Shown here one piece after another: positions 38,702-48,434 of a DNA stretch of 64,000 bases (its first letter is position 1; every line of letters begins with the position of its first letter). Position numbers and translations under genes: made by a program. The DNA comes from Beijerinckiaceae bacterium (GTDB lineage: Bacteria > Pseudomonadota > Alphaproteobacteria > Rhizobiales > Beijerinckiaceae). Below the pieces are notes generated by a model, which was given only the letters and a program-made list of their open reading frames with translations, was not told where the DNA came from and ran no database searches. The stretch covers positions 8,407-72,406 of the forward strand of contig JBOFCU010000324.1 of NCBI GenBank assembly GCA_051646285.1. The letters are read 5' to 3'.

Positions 38702-38952
38702 CAACCCTTGTCGCTATCGTCTGTCGGGTCAAACAACTGCACGGGCGCACCGGGCATGATGGTGGAAATGGCATGCTTGTAGACCAGCTGGGAATGACCA
38801 TCCCGGCGCAAAAGCACGCAGAAATTGTCGAACCAGGTCACGACACCCTGAAGTTTGACGCCGTTCACGAGAAAGATCGTCAGCGGTATTTTCTGTTTGC
38901 GGACATAATTGAGAAACGTGTCCTGCAAATTTTGAGTCTTTTCAGAGGGCAT
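38701..38952 (-). CDS. hfq: RNA chaperone Hfq
   Basis: 83 aa. [58 protein letters not shown] (Sm1/Sm2 motifs). Confidence 0.97.
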   Translation of the reverse strand: MPSEKTQNLQDTFLNYVRKQKIPLTIFLVNGVKLQGVVTWFDNFCVLLRRDGHSQLVYKHAISTIMPGAPVQLFDPTDDSDKG

Positions 38953-39130
38953 CGGCCGGTCCCTGTTCCAATTCCATAGGCGGGTACTGCAGTCATGGTC
39001 AAAGGTAAGCTCACGTCATGGCGCGGTCTTTTCATCCCGCAATGCAGCAAGCAACCAACATTTTGACCTAAACTACAATCTCCTTCAATTTTTCTGATAC
39101 TTACACACGTCTATAAAACTCACCAACGGG

Positions 39131-40504
39131 TTAGTCACTGCCTATGTTAAGCGATTTTAGCTTTCTGTGAAGGGCTGATCGTTCCATTCCAATAAACTCT
39201 GATGTTCGTGAGATGTTACCGCCAAAGCGGTTGATCTGGGCCACCAGATACTCTTTTTCGAACGCTTCGCGCGCTTCGCGCAGTGGCAGGCTGAGCAAAC
39301 GCTCGCCTCCTGCGCCCGTTGGCGTGGATGGCACATGGGTTCCAACATCCTGCGGCAGCATGGCCGGGGAGATTTCGACCGACGGATCGCCGGCCGCGAG
39401 AATCATCAGCCGTTCGATGTTGTTGCGCAGCTGGCGCACATTGCCCGGCCAGTCGTGGGATTGCAGCACGGCCATCGCGTCTAATGAGATGGCACGGCGG
39501 GCAAGCCCGGTGGTCTGCGAGATGCGGTCCATGAACAGGCTGATGAGTTCTGGAATATCCTCGCGCCGCTCAGCCAGGCTCGGCACCCGCAGCGGGACGA
39601 CAGCAAGGCGGTGATACAAGTCATCGCGCACCCTGCCCTCGGCAATTTCCGATTGCAGGTCACGGCTTGTCGAGGAAATGATCCGAACATCCACCGTCAC
39701 CTTGGTGCTGCCATTGACGCGCTGGAAGCTCTGGTCGGTCAGTACGCGCAGGATCTTGCCCTGTGTCTCGCGCGGCATGTCGGCGATCTCATCAAGATAG
39801 AGCGTGCCGCCATGGGCCTCCTCAAGCGCGCCGGTGCGCTTGGGCGTGTCGGCAGTCGCTTCGACGCCGAACAGCTCAATTTCCATGCGATCGGGTGTGA
39901 TGGTGGCGGCATTGACGATCACGAATGGGCCGCTGGCACGTTGCGACAATGTATGCATGGCCCGTGCCGCAAGCTCCTTGCCGGCACCGGGCGCGCCGGT
40001 GATCAGCACGCGCGCATTGGTGGGCGCGACGCGCTCAATGGCGCTGCGCAAATGATTGATCGCGACGGACGCGCCGGCAATTTCCGATGTTTGGGCCGAC
40101 TGCCCCTTCAGTTCGCGCACTTCACGCTTCAGGCGCGAATTTTCCAGCGCCCGTTCCGCTACGAGCAGCAGGCGGTCAGCCTTGAATGGCTTTTCGATAA
40201 AATCATACGCGCCACGCTTGATGGCAGACACAGCGGTTTCGATGTTGCCGTGCCCGGAGATCATCACGATCGGCAGATCGGGGTGATCCTTGCGGACGGT
40301 GTCGAGCACCTGCAACCCGTCGAGCTTGCTGCCTTGCAGCCATATATCGAGAAAAATCAGATTGGGCCGCCGGGCTTGCACGGAAGCCAGCGCCTCGTCT
40401 GATGATCCGGCGGTGCGCGTCTGGTAGCCCTCGTCCGATAAAATACCGGCGACCAGTTCGCGAATATCGTTCTCATCATCAACTACAAGAATATCCGCAC
40501 TCAT
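39131..40504 (-). CDS. ntrX: Response regulator NtrX (receiver, AAA+ and HTH domains)
   Basis: Receiver domain (ILVVDDE...DIWL), Walker A (GAPGAGKE) and a C-terminal HTH. No GAFTGA motif, as is typical of NtrX. Overlaps the ntrY stop. Confidence 0.9.
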   Translation of the reverse strand: MSADILVVDDENDIRELVAGILSDEGYQTRTAGSSDEALASVQARRPNLIFLDIWLQGSKLDGLQVLDTVRKDHPDLPIVMISGHGNIETAVSAIKRGAYDFIEKPFKADRLLLVAERALENSRLKREVRELKGQSAQTSEIAGASVAINHLRSAIERVAPTNARVLITGAPGAGKELAARAMHTLSQRASGPFVIVNAATITPDRMEIELFGVEATADTPKRTGALEEAHGGTLYLDEIADMPRETQGKILRVLTDQSFQRVNGSTKVTVDVRIISSTSRDLQSEIAEGRVRDDLYHRLAVVPLRVPSLAERREDIPELISLFMDRISQTTGLARRAISLDAMAVLQSHDWPGNVRQLRNNIERLMILAAGDPSVEISPAMLPQDVGTHVPSTPTGAGGERLLSLPLREAREAFEKEYLVAQINRFGGNISRTSEFIGMERSALHRKLKSLNIGSD

Positions 40505-42792
40505 TGGCGAAGCTCCGTCCCAGTGTCTGGCAGGCGCACTCCAGCGCTGTCATTGTCAGCCGCATTGTCTGCGGCATTTGTTGAAATCCGCATGCGCACA
40601 CGCGCGCCGCGCCCGGCGGGATTGTCCAGCAATTCGATCCCGCCGCCATGATCCTCAAGAATTTTGCCAACGATGGCGAGGCCAAGGCCGGTGCCGGTGC
40701 TGCGGGTCGTCATATAGGGTTCCAGAAGCCGCTGGCGATTTTCCGCCGGAAAGCCAACGCCATTATCCGTCACATCAATGATGGCGGTTTCTGTTGCCTT
40801 GTCTTCCCGCAGCGTAATGGCGATCTTGCCGGGGCCGCGCACCGCCGGGTCAACAGCTGCAATGGATTCGGTTGCATTCTTGATGATATTTGTGACGGCC
40901 TGCCCGAGCAGGCGGCGATCAAAACGCGCAATGACTTTTCCATCAGGAATGTCATTGTCCATTTCGATGTCGGGATAGCCCACGCGCATGAGGAACACGA
41001 CTTCGCGCACCATATCCGCGATATCATCAGATTCGGGAGCGGGCTTGGGCATCCGCGCAAAGGAAGAAAATTCATCAACCATTTTTTTAATGCCATCGAC
41101 CTGCCGGATAATCGTATCCGTGCACTGGTCGAAAACCTGACGGTCTTCGCCGATATTCTTTCCGTATTTGCGGCGGATGCGCTCAACTGACAGTTGGATG
41201 GGTGTTAACGGATTCTTGATTTCATGCGCAATGCGCCGCGCGACATCAGCCCAGGCGGATGTGCGCTGGGCCGTGATCAGATCGGTGATGTCATCCAGTG
41301 TCATGATCAGGCCATGCTCGGCTTCGTTGGATTGATCCGTGGTCAAACGCACATTCAGCAACTGCTCGCGGCCATCGCGGATCAGGGACACATGGTGCTG
41401 GGTCTGACGCCCGCTGCGGGCCGGAACGGGCTGTGCCGCAATGGCGGCCAGTTTCGGTTCAATCGTTTCGAGTTGCGCGCCAACCAGATTTTGAGCTTGC
41501 CCGCCCAGCAGTTTTTCGGCTGACGGATTGACCAGCGTGATGGTGCCCTGTGGATCAATGCCGATGACACCGGCCGATACGCCTGACAGCACGGCTTCGG
41601 TAAAGCGGCGGCGCTGGTCAATGATATCGGCAGCAGCAGTCAGGCGTTCATGCTGGCGCTGCAATTCCGCAGTCATTTTATTGAAAGTCTGGCCAAGATG
41701 GGCCAAATCGCCATCGCTGGTGCGGACCGGAACGGCGACGGCATATTGCCCGGATGCCACACGGTCTGTGGCCGCGATGAGACGGCGGATGGGGGCAACA
41801 AGCCGGTTGGCGAAATTCAGGCCGAGCCATGCTGCAGACAACAGAACGATCAGGGCCACCAGCGCATACATTGTTGCAAACGCAATCTGCAATGCGCCCT
41901 TCCGCTCTTCCAGCACGCGGTAATATGTCAGGCCAGCGTCCGCGATGCGGGGAAATTCAATGGCGCGCGGATCAACCGGCCGTGCGCCATACAAGAAGAC
42001 GTTGTCGTAGGCCGTGAGTTTGAAAATCACGCGGAACACATTGCCTTCCTGCGGCACCATGCACCAGGGTTCACCATCCCCCGCTGCTTCAATTTCCTGC
42101 GCCGTCGGTCCCGCCACCTCACCAATTTTCGCCGTTTCGATCCGTTCGATCAGCGACTGGTCCTTGTTGACGAGCATCGTGATCGGAAATTCGAGATAAT
42201 TCGCCCGCGATGTCAGAAAACGCCGGAACAAATCGCGGTCCTGCTCAAACATGGGTTTGGCGCGGTCAAGATCGCCTGCCATCAGGCCAATTTCGCGCGT
42301 CATCGTCCGGCATTGGGATTCGGTGTAGGCCTTGGCAATCTCGGATGAGCCGGTGATCACGTCGCGCACAGTGGAGGAAAACCAGGGCTCGAGGCCGCGA
42401 TCCAGGGTGACGTAGGCCACCAGCGCCATCACGATGGCCGGAAATGTGGCCACAAAGCTGAACCAGCGCATGATGCGGCTGTGCAGCTTTGCACCCGCCG
42501 CGCCGCTGCGTTTGGCGCGCCACAGGGCAAACCCCTCGCGCGCCACAACGATCATCAGCAGCGCAATCAAAATGAAATTGATGGCGAACAGCACGACGAG
42601 CGTGCGTTCACCGAACAGGGTTGGCACAAAGCCCGCAAGGGTCAGAAATGTTGCGACGGCGGAGAGCAGCGCCAGCGTTACCAGCACCATGCCGAGGAAC
42701 GCAGAAATACGCCGCGTGGCGAGGCGGTCGATTTCAATGTTCGTCGCGCTGGCATCCGCAGCGATCGTTTCTGGCTTCGCGACTTCGGTCAA
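40501..42792 (-). CDS. ntrY: Sensor histidine kinase NtrY
   Basis: 763 aa. N-terminal membrane helices, HAMP and PAS regions, H-box HEIKNPLTPI and a HATPase C-terminus. TTG start at 42792. Confidence 0.9.
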   Translation of the reverse strand: MTEVAKPETIAADASATNIEIDRLATRRISAFLGMVLVTLALLSAVATFLTLAGFVPTLFGERTLVVLFAINFILIALLMIVVAREGFALWRAKRSGAAGAKLHSRIMRWFSFVATFPAIVMALVAYVTLDRGLEPWFSSTVRDVITGSSEIAKAYTESQCRTMTREIGLMAGDLDRAKPMFEQDRDLFRRFLTSRANYLEFPITMLVNKDQSLIERIETAKIGEVAGPTAQEIEAAGDGEPWCMVPQEGNVFRVIFKLTAYDNVFLYGARPVDPRAIEFPRIADAGLTYYRVLEERKGALQIAFATMYALVALIVLLSAAWLGLNFANRLVAPIRRLIAATDRVASGQYAVAVPVRTSDGDLAHLGQTFNKMTAELQRQHERLTAAADIIDQRRRFTEAVLSGVSAGVIGIDPQGTITLVNPSAEKLLGGQAQNLVGAQLETIEPKLAAIAAQPVPARSGRQTQHHVSLIRDGREQLLNVRLTTDQSNEAEHGLIMTLDDITDLITAQRTSAWADVARRIAHEIKNPLTPIQLSVERIRRKYGKNIGEDRQVFDQCTDTIIRQVDGIKKMVDEFSSFARMPKPAPESDDIADMVREVVFLMRVGYPDIEMDNDIPDGKVIARFDRRLLGQAVTNIIKNATESIAAVDPAVRGPGKIAITLREDKATETAIIDVTDNGVGFPAENRQRLLEPYMTTRSTGTGLGLAIVGKILEDHGGGIELLDNPAGRGARVRMRISTNAADNAADNDSAGVRLPDTGTELRQ

Positions 42793-42921
42793 TGCTGTGT
42801 AGCCTGCCTGTTTGGCGCAGACCGGGGACTGCCGGAATCTGCACAGTGCAGGTGATGCACCGCAGGCACAGTGTTGTCAAAAAGTGACAATTCCGGGGCG
42901 GCCACCCCGGATCGAAGCCAA

Positions 42922-44376
42922 TTAACCCGGGTGGCGCATGATCTTGAGGTCAAGATCACGGATTTTCTTGCGCAATGTATTGCGGTTCACCCCGAGCAAT
43001 TCAGCCGCCCTGATCTGGTTGCCGCGTGTCGCATAAAGCGCCGCAATAATCAGCGGCGCTTCCACGTCGCGCAGAATGCGGTGATACAAACCCGGCGGCG
43101 GCAGGCGTGAGCCGAAACTGGCGAAATAATTGCCAAGATATTGTTCCGTGAATTCCGAGAGCGACGCTGTTGCCGCAGCGCCCGGGGCAGGAGCCGCATT
43201 TTGCAGCATCGGCGGCCCGGCCTGCAGCTCGTTCATGACAATCTGCGCTGAAATCGTCTCCTGCGGATAAAGTGCGGCCAGCCGGCGGATCAGATTTTCG
43301 AGCTCGCGGATATTGCCAGGCCACGCATAGCCGCGCATCACATCCAGCGCGTCCGGCTCGGCCGACTTGTGACCAAGCCCCTCCTTGTCCGCCTGCTTGA
43401 AAAAATGGCGGGCCAAGTCCGGTATATCCTCGCTGCGTTCACGCAGGGGCGGCAGGCGAATGGGAACGACATTCAGACGGAAGAACAGATCTTCGCGGAA
43501 CAGGCCCTGCTGGATAAGCTGGCGCAGATCCTTGTTGGTCGCAGCGACAATCCGCACATTGGTCTTGATCGCTGTGCGGCCACCGACTGTGGTATATTCG
43601 CCCTGCTGAAGCACACGCAGCAGGCGGGTTTGCGCTTCCATCGGCATATCGCCGATTTCATCAAGAAACAGCGTGCCGCCTTCGGCCAGTTCGAACTTGC
43701 CAGCGGCCCGCTGGGTCGCCCCGGTAAAGGCCCCTTTTTCGTGGCCAAACAGGTCTGATTCTATCAATTCACGCGGAATAGCAGCCATATTGACCGCGAC
43801 AAACGGCCCTTTCTTGCGCTTACCGTAATCGTGCAAGGCACGGGCAACCAGTTCCTTGCCCGTGCCGGATTCACCAACAATCAGGACGGTCAGGTCTGTC
43901 TGCATCAGGCGTGCCAGCACCCGGTAAATGTCCTGCATGGCGGCCGACCGGCCGACCAGCGGAATATCATCCAAGCCATTGGCTGACTCGGGCGGGCGCA
44001 CATCGTGCTTGGGTAAGGCCAGCGCGCGGCCAACCACAGCAACCACTTCTTTCAGATCAAATGGCTTCGGCAAATATTCGAATGCGCCGCGTTCAGACGC
44101 CTTGATCGCTGTCATGAACGTGTTCTGCGCGCTCATGACGATGATCGGCAATTCGGGCCGCATCTTGCGGATTTGCGGGAGGAGATCGAATGCATTCTGA
44201 TCAGGCATCACCACATCGGTGATGACGAGATCACCCTCACCGGCCGCCACCCAGCGCCACAGGGATGCGGCATTGCCAGCGGTTCTTACCTCATAGCCTG
44301 CGCGGGACAGTGCCTGACTCAAGACCGTGCGGATGCCGGCATCATCATCTGCAACCAGAATGCTTGCGCGTGCCAT
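42922..44376 (-). CDS. ntrC: Sigma-54-dependent response regulator NtrC
   Basis: The ATG at 44376 is preceded by GAGGAG. Receiver domain, Walker A GESGTGKE, the GAFTGA motif and a C-terminal Fis-type HTH. Confidence 0.93.
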   Translation of the reverse strand: MARASILVADDDAGIRTVLSQALSRAGYEVRTAGNAASLWRWVAAGEGDLVITDVVMPDQNAFDLLPQIRKMRPELPIIVMSAQNTFMTAIKASERGAFEYLPKPFDLKEVVAVVGRALALPKHDVRPPESANGLDDIPLVGRSAAMQDIYRVLARLMQTDLTVLIVGESGTGKELVARALHDYGKRKKGPFVAVNMAAIPRELIESDLFGHEKGAFTGATQRAAGKFELAEGGTLFLDEIGDMPMEAQTRLLRVLQQGEYTTVGGRTAIKTNVRIVAATNKDLRQLIQQGLFREDLFFRLNVVPIRLPPLRERSEDIPDLARHFFKQADKEGLGHKSAEPDALDVMRGYAWPGNIRELENLIRRLAALYPQETISAQIVMNELQAGPPMLQNAAPAPGAAATASLSEFTEQYLGNYFASFGSRLPPPGLYHRILRDVEAPLIIAALYATRGNQIRAAELLGVNRNTLRKKIRDLDLKIMRHPG

Positions 44377-44384
44377 ACGTCTCC

Positions 44385-45539
44385 TCAAATGTCCGATGCG
44401 CGGCCATCCCGCGCTGCGGCCATCGGCAGCAGAACACGAAAGACGGTGCGGTGAGGCTGGGATTCGCAGGCGATGGTGCCTCCGTGATCGCCAACCACCT
44501 TGGCAACCAATGCAAGACCGAGGCCAGACCCTTGCGTTTTGGTGGTGAGGAAGGGATCGAACAGATGCGGCAGGATGTCGGGCGGCACGCCAGAGCCATT
44601 GTCGCGCACAGAAAACTCGAGCGGCAGTGCGACTTTATCGCCAGCGCCCGGCAACCGCAGCCGGATACCGGGGCGATAGGCCGAGGTCAGGATGATCTCG
44701 CCGTCAATGGCGTTGGGGCCAATCGCTTCTGCCGCATTTTTAATCAGGTTCAGAAAGACCTGAATCAGCTCATCACGGTTGCCATAGACCGGCGGCAGTG
44801 ACGGATCGTACTGCTCGGTGAACTTGACGTGCCGCGCGATTCCCGACTGGGCCACACGCTTCACATGTTCCAGAACGGCATGGACATTGACTGGCTCACG
44901 GGTTTTAGGCCTTACATCAGAAAATTGGTCCATCCCATTGACAAGTTTTACGATCCTGTCTGTCTCATCGCAGATAAGCTGGGTCAGTGTGCGGTCTTCA
45001 TCAGAGACTGCGGAGTCGAGCAATTGCGCTGCACCCTTGATGCCGGACAATGGATTCTTGATCTCATGCGCCAGCATGGCGGCCAATGCGGATACGGAAC
45101 GGGCGGCGCCGCGATGGGTGAGTTGCTTGCCTAATTTTTCGGCATTGGTGCGTTCCTGCAGCACGACAACCACATGGTCCTGCTCTTCAGGCAGCAGATT
45201 CACGTAAGCGTCAGCCATGCGCTCGCCAGTGCGCGGCATGGTCAGATCAAGGCTGTAGCCGCTGACGACGGTTCCGCGATCGCGCGCTTCGTTGACGAGG
45301 GAAAGCAGCGGCGAACCGAACGGAACCAGCTCGGCCAGTTTGTGCCGGCGCATGACTGCGACGCTCAAACCCATGAAATGTTCGCCGGCAGAGTTGCTGT
45401 CTATAATGCTGTCGCGCCCATCGAGCACGATGATCGGCATGGGGATGACACGCAAAATCGCATCGGCCCGTTCGGAGGGGGGCAATGATGGCTGCAAGGC
45501 GGCAGTGTCGTGAACGAGGGTGGCGGCGGTTGCCATCAT
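44385..45539 (-). CDS. ntrB: Nitrogen regulation sensor kinase NtrB
   Basis: PAS domain, H-box [10 protein letters not shown] and a HATPase domain. Lies between dusB and ntrC; its start overlaps the dusB stop. Confidence 0.92.
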   Translation of the reverse strand: MMATAATLVHDTAALQPSLPPSERADAILRVIPMPIIVLDGRDSIIDSNSAGEHFMGLSVAVMRRHKLAELVPFGSPLLSLVNEARDRGTVVSGYSLDLTMPRTGERMADAYVNLLPEEQDHVVVVLQERTNAEKLGKQLTHRGAARSVSALAAMLAHEIKNPLSGIKGAAQLLDSAVSDEDRTLTQLICDETDRIVKLVNGMDQFSDVRPKTREPVNVHAVLEHVKRVAQSGIARHVKFTEQYDPSLPPVYGNRDELIQVFLNLIKNAAEAIGPNAIDGEIILTSAYRPGIRLRLPGAGDKVALPLEFSVRDNGSGVPPDILPHLFDPFLTTKTQGSGLGLALVAKVVGDHGGTIACESQPHRTVFRVLLPMAAARDGRASDI

Positions 45540-46552
45540 CAGGCGGCCTCTTCCAGAGGTGGGAGCGCATCAAAGCTGCGCAGGCCATCGCACATGATGG
45601 CCGGATCGAGCGTGGTCAGCATGGCGCGGCGCAAGGCCGCAAATGCCGGATCAGCAAGGCTGCCATGATGATCGAGAAAGGCGGCGACATGCTTGCGGCT
45701 GTGGCGCAAGCCCGGTTCGCGCCCATACAGGCCGAGCAATGCCTCGACATGCTCGATCATGGCCGCGCGGCGCGCTGCCATATCCGGACCGTCATTTGAT
45801 GCGCGCCCGGCCAGCGCGCCGGCAATTTGCCCCACCAGCCATGGCTGGCCGAGGCAGGCCCGACCGATCATGACAGCGTGCGCGCCGGATTCTTCCAGAC
45901 AGGTTCGGGCATCTGCGGCAGTGGCAATATCGCCATTGGCAATGACAGGGATTGAGACGGCATCGACGACGGCGCGGATGGCACGCCAGTCGGCCCTGCC
46001 CTTGTAAAATTGCTGGCGCGTGCGGCCATGCACTGTCAGCATTTTCACGCCGAGATTTTCGGCCCGCTTGCCAAGATCCGGGGCATTGATGGACTGGATG
46101 TCCCAGCCCAGCCGCATTTTCAGCGTCACTGGAATTTTGACGGCTGTTGTTACGGCCCTGATCAGATCCTGCGCCAGATCCAAGTTACGCATGAGCGCGG
46201 AACCGGCCCAGCCACCGACAACCTTCTTGGCCGGGCAGCCCATATTGATGTCGATGACACAAGCGCCCTGCGCTTCGGCAATGCGCGCGCCCTCCGCCAT
46301 CCAGTGCGGGTTACATCCGGCCAGTTGCACCACATGCACATCAATGCCAGCCCCTTCGGCGCGGACCTGCGCTTCACGGCTGCCTCTGGCCAACTCGTCG
46401 GATGCCACCATCTCCGATACAACCAGCCCTGCCCCGAACCGGCGGGCAATGCGGCGGCACGCCACATCGGTGACCCCCGACATGGGAGCCAGAACCGCAC
46501 GGCCATCAATCGGGATGCCATTGAAATCGGGCAAAGCCGACGTGTTGCTCAT
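45539..46552 (-). CDS. dusB: tRNA-dihydrouridine synthase B (NifR3 family)
   Basis: 337 aa. LAPMSGVTD...CPAKKV...HGRTR motifs. Classical position upstream of ntrBC. Confidence 0.92.
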   Translation of the reverse strand: MSNTSALPDFNGIPIDGRAVLAPMSGVTDVACRRIARRFGAGLVVSEMVASDELARGSREAQVRAEGAGIDVHVVQLAGCNPHWMAEGARIAEAQGACVIDINMGCPAKKVVGGWAGSALMRNLDLAQDLIRAVTTAVKIPVTLKMRLGWDIQSINAPDLGKRAENLGVKMLTVHGRTRQQFYKGRADWRAIRAVVDAVSIPVIANGDIATAADARTCLEESGAHAVMIGRACLGQPWLVGQIAGALAGRASNDGPDMAARRAAMIEHVEALLGLYGREPGLRHSRKHVAAFLDHHGSLADPAFAALRRAMLTTLDPAIMCDGLRSFDALPPLEEAA

Positions 46553-46661
46553 TTTTTAGGCACTTCTGTTCACTGCCTGCAATGTAACCAATTTTTTGCA
46601 GTGCAGCAATATGGTTAGCTGAGCAAGTTGCCAGTGATGTGACAGCCGTCTATCCGGACCT

Positions 46662-47867
46662 TTGGTGTTGGGAAGGATAAGCCATTTGACTGTCGCTGCA
46701 CTGATCGTTGCTGCCGGTCGCGGATTGCGGGCTGGCTCCGATGGTTTGCCGAAGGCTTACCGGCCCATTGGTGGCGAGCCGATGCTGTTGCGCACGCTGC
46801 GTCTTTTTGCTGACCATCCCGCAGTCAGCATGATCATGGTGGTGATCCATCCCGACGATCAGCCGCTGTGTGATGGCGTGCTGGCACGGCTGGGCACGTT
46901 CAAACCTGTCATGGTGGCTGCCGGTGGCGCATCGCGGCAGGAATCGGTTTTGCGCGGGCTGGAAGAAATGGCCTTCATGCCGAGCGAGATTGTGCTGGTG
47001 CATGATGCCGCCCGGCCCTTTGCCGATGCGGCTCTGATTGACCGCGCCATTGCGGCAGCAAAACATCACGGTGCCGCCGTGCCGGCGCTGCCCGTGACGG
47101 ATACGCTTGTGCAGGTCAGCGGCTCTGTCGTGTCCGGCCATCCGGCGCGCGATATATTGCGGGCCGTGCAAACACCGCAGGCCTTTCAATTTCAAACGTT
47201 GCTGATGGCCCACCGCCGCGCGGCATCGCGCGGGCAGATGGATTTTACCGATGATGGCGCTGTAGCCGGTGCCATGGGTGTTGACGTGCATGTGTTCGAT
47301 GGCGATGCGCGCAATGTCAAAATCACCTGGCCGCAGGATTTTGCCGAGGCGGAACGGCGTTTGTTGGAGGCAACCCCCATGATCGTGCGCGTCAGCAATG
47401 GTTACGATGTCCATGCTTTTGGTGAGGGCGACCATGTCTGGCTTGGCGGCGTGCCTATTCCCCACACGCATGGTCTGACCGGCCACTCCGATGCCGATGT
47501 TGTGCTGCATGCGATCACAGACGCGGTGCTTGGCTTGATTGGTGATGGCGACATCGGCACACATTTTCCGCCCACTGACGAACGCTGGCGCGGCGCGGCC
47601 TCCGATCAATTTCTGGCCTATGCGGTGGAGCGGCTGCGCGTCCGTGGCGGCGTGCTGGATCACATCGACGTCAATCTCGTCTGCGAGCGTCCGAAAATTG
47701 CGCCTGTGCGTGAGGCCATGCGCGCGCGCATTGCAGAGATTGCCGCTGTTGCAATTGGCAGCGTAGCGATCAAGGCGACCACCTCCGAAGGGCTTGGATT
47801 TACCGGGCGCAGCGAAGGCATTGCGGCGCTTGCGACAGTGACGGCCCGCGTGCCAAGCTCAGGCTGA
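46662..47867 (+). CDS. ispDF: Bifunctional IspD/IspF (MEP cytidylyltransferase / MEcPP synthase)
   Basis: N-terminal IVAAGRGLR IspD motif. C-terminal IspF half (GYDVHAF...HSDADVVLHA). The start is uncertain: TTG at 46662 or TTG at 46686, the latter downstream of GGAAGGA. Confidence 0.92.
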   Translation: MVLGRISHLTVAALIVAAGRGLRAGSDGLPKAYRPIGGEPMLLRTLRLFADHPAVSMIMVVIHPDDQPLCDGVLARLGTFKPVMVAAGGASRQESVLRGLEEMAFMPSEIVLVHDAARPFADAALIDRAIAAAKHHGAAVPALPVTDTLVQVSGSVVSGHPARDILRAVQTPQAFQFQTLLMAHRRAASRGQMDFTDDGAVAGAMGVDVHVFDGDARNVKITWPQDFAEAERRLLEATPMIVRVSNGYDVHAFGEGDHVWLGGVPIPHTHGLTGHSDADVVLHAITDAVLGLIGDGDIGTHFPPTDERWRGAASDQFLAYAVERLRVRGGVLDHIDVNLVCERPKIAPVREAMRARIAEIAAVAIGSVAIKATTSEGLGFTGRSEGIAALATVTARVPSSG

Positions 47868-47916
47868 GCCGCCGCCTGTTCACTGCGTGAATATCGCGCT
47901 CGCCAGAGGTGATGCC

Positions 47917-48411
47917 ATGACTGCCGACAGCGCCCTTGTTGACCTCGCCCGCGAAGTGCTGGACCGGGCCCGGTCACAGAAACTGAAAATCGTGACGGCC
48001 GAGAGCTGCACCGGCGGGCTTGTTGCCATGCTGCTCACGGAAATCGCCGGGTCGTCGGACGTGTTTGAACGCGGATTCGTGACCTATTCAAACGATGCCA
48101 AGAGCGAAATGCTGGGCGTTGCGCCGGATATAATCGCCAAGAATGGCGCGGTGAGCGAGCCTGTTGCGCGCTCCATGGCAGAAGGTGCCGTCAAACAGTC
48201 CCATGCTGATGTTGGTGTGGCCATTACGGGTGTTGCCGGTCCGGGCGGCGGCAGCGCGCACAAGCCGGTCGGGCTTGTGCATATCGCGGTCTATCGCAAA
48301 AAGAACGGCACGCGGCACGGCATTTTTCAATTTGGCGATCTGCCGCGCCGCGATATTCGCGAGCGCGCCGCGCGTGATGCCCTGATGATGCTCATGCACG
48401 CCATGGCCTGA
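47917..48411 (+). CDS. CinA C-terminal domain protein (nicotinamide-nucleotide amidase PncC-like)
   Basis: ORF 47887-48411 with ATG at 47917. TAESCTGGL motif, about 164 aa. Confidence 0.85.
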   Translation: MTADSALVDLAREVLDRARSQKLKIVTAESCTGGLVAMLLTEIAGSSDVFERGFVTYSNDAKSEMLGVAPDIIAKNGAVSEPVARSMAEGAVKQSHADVGVAITGVAGPGGGSAHKPVGLVHIAVYRKKNGTRHGIFQFGDLPRRDIRERAARDALMMLMHAMA

Positions 48412-48434
48412 GCCATGTTTTCAGGCCGAGATTT

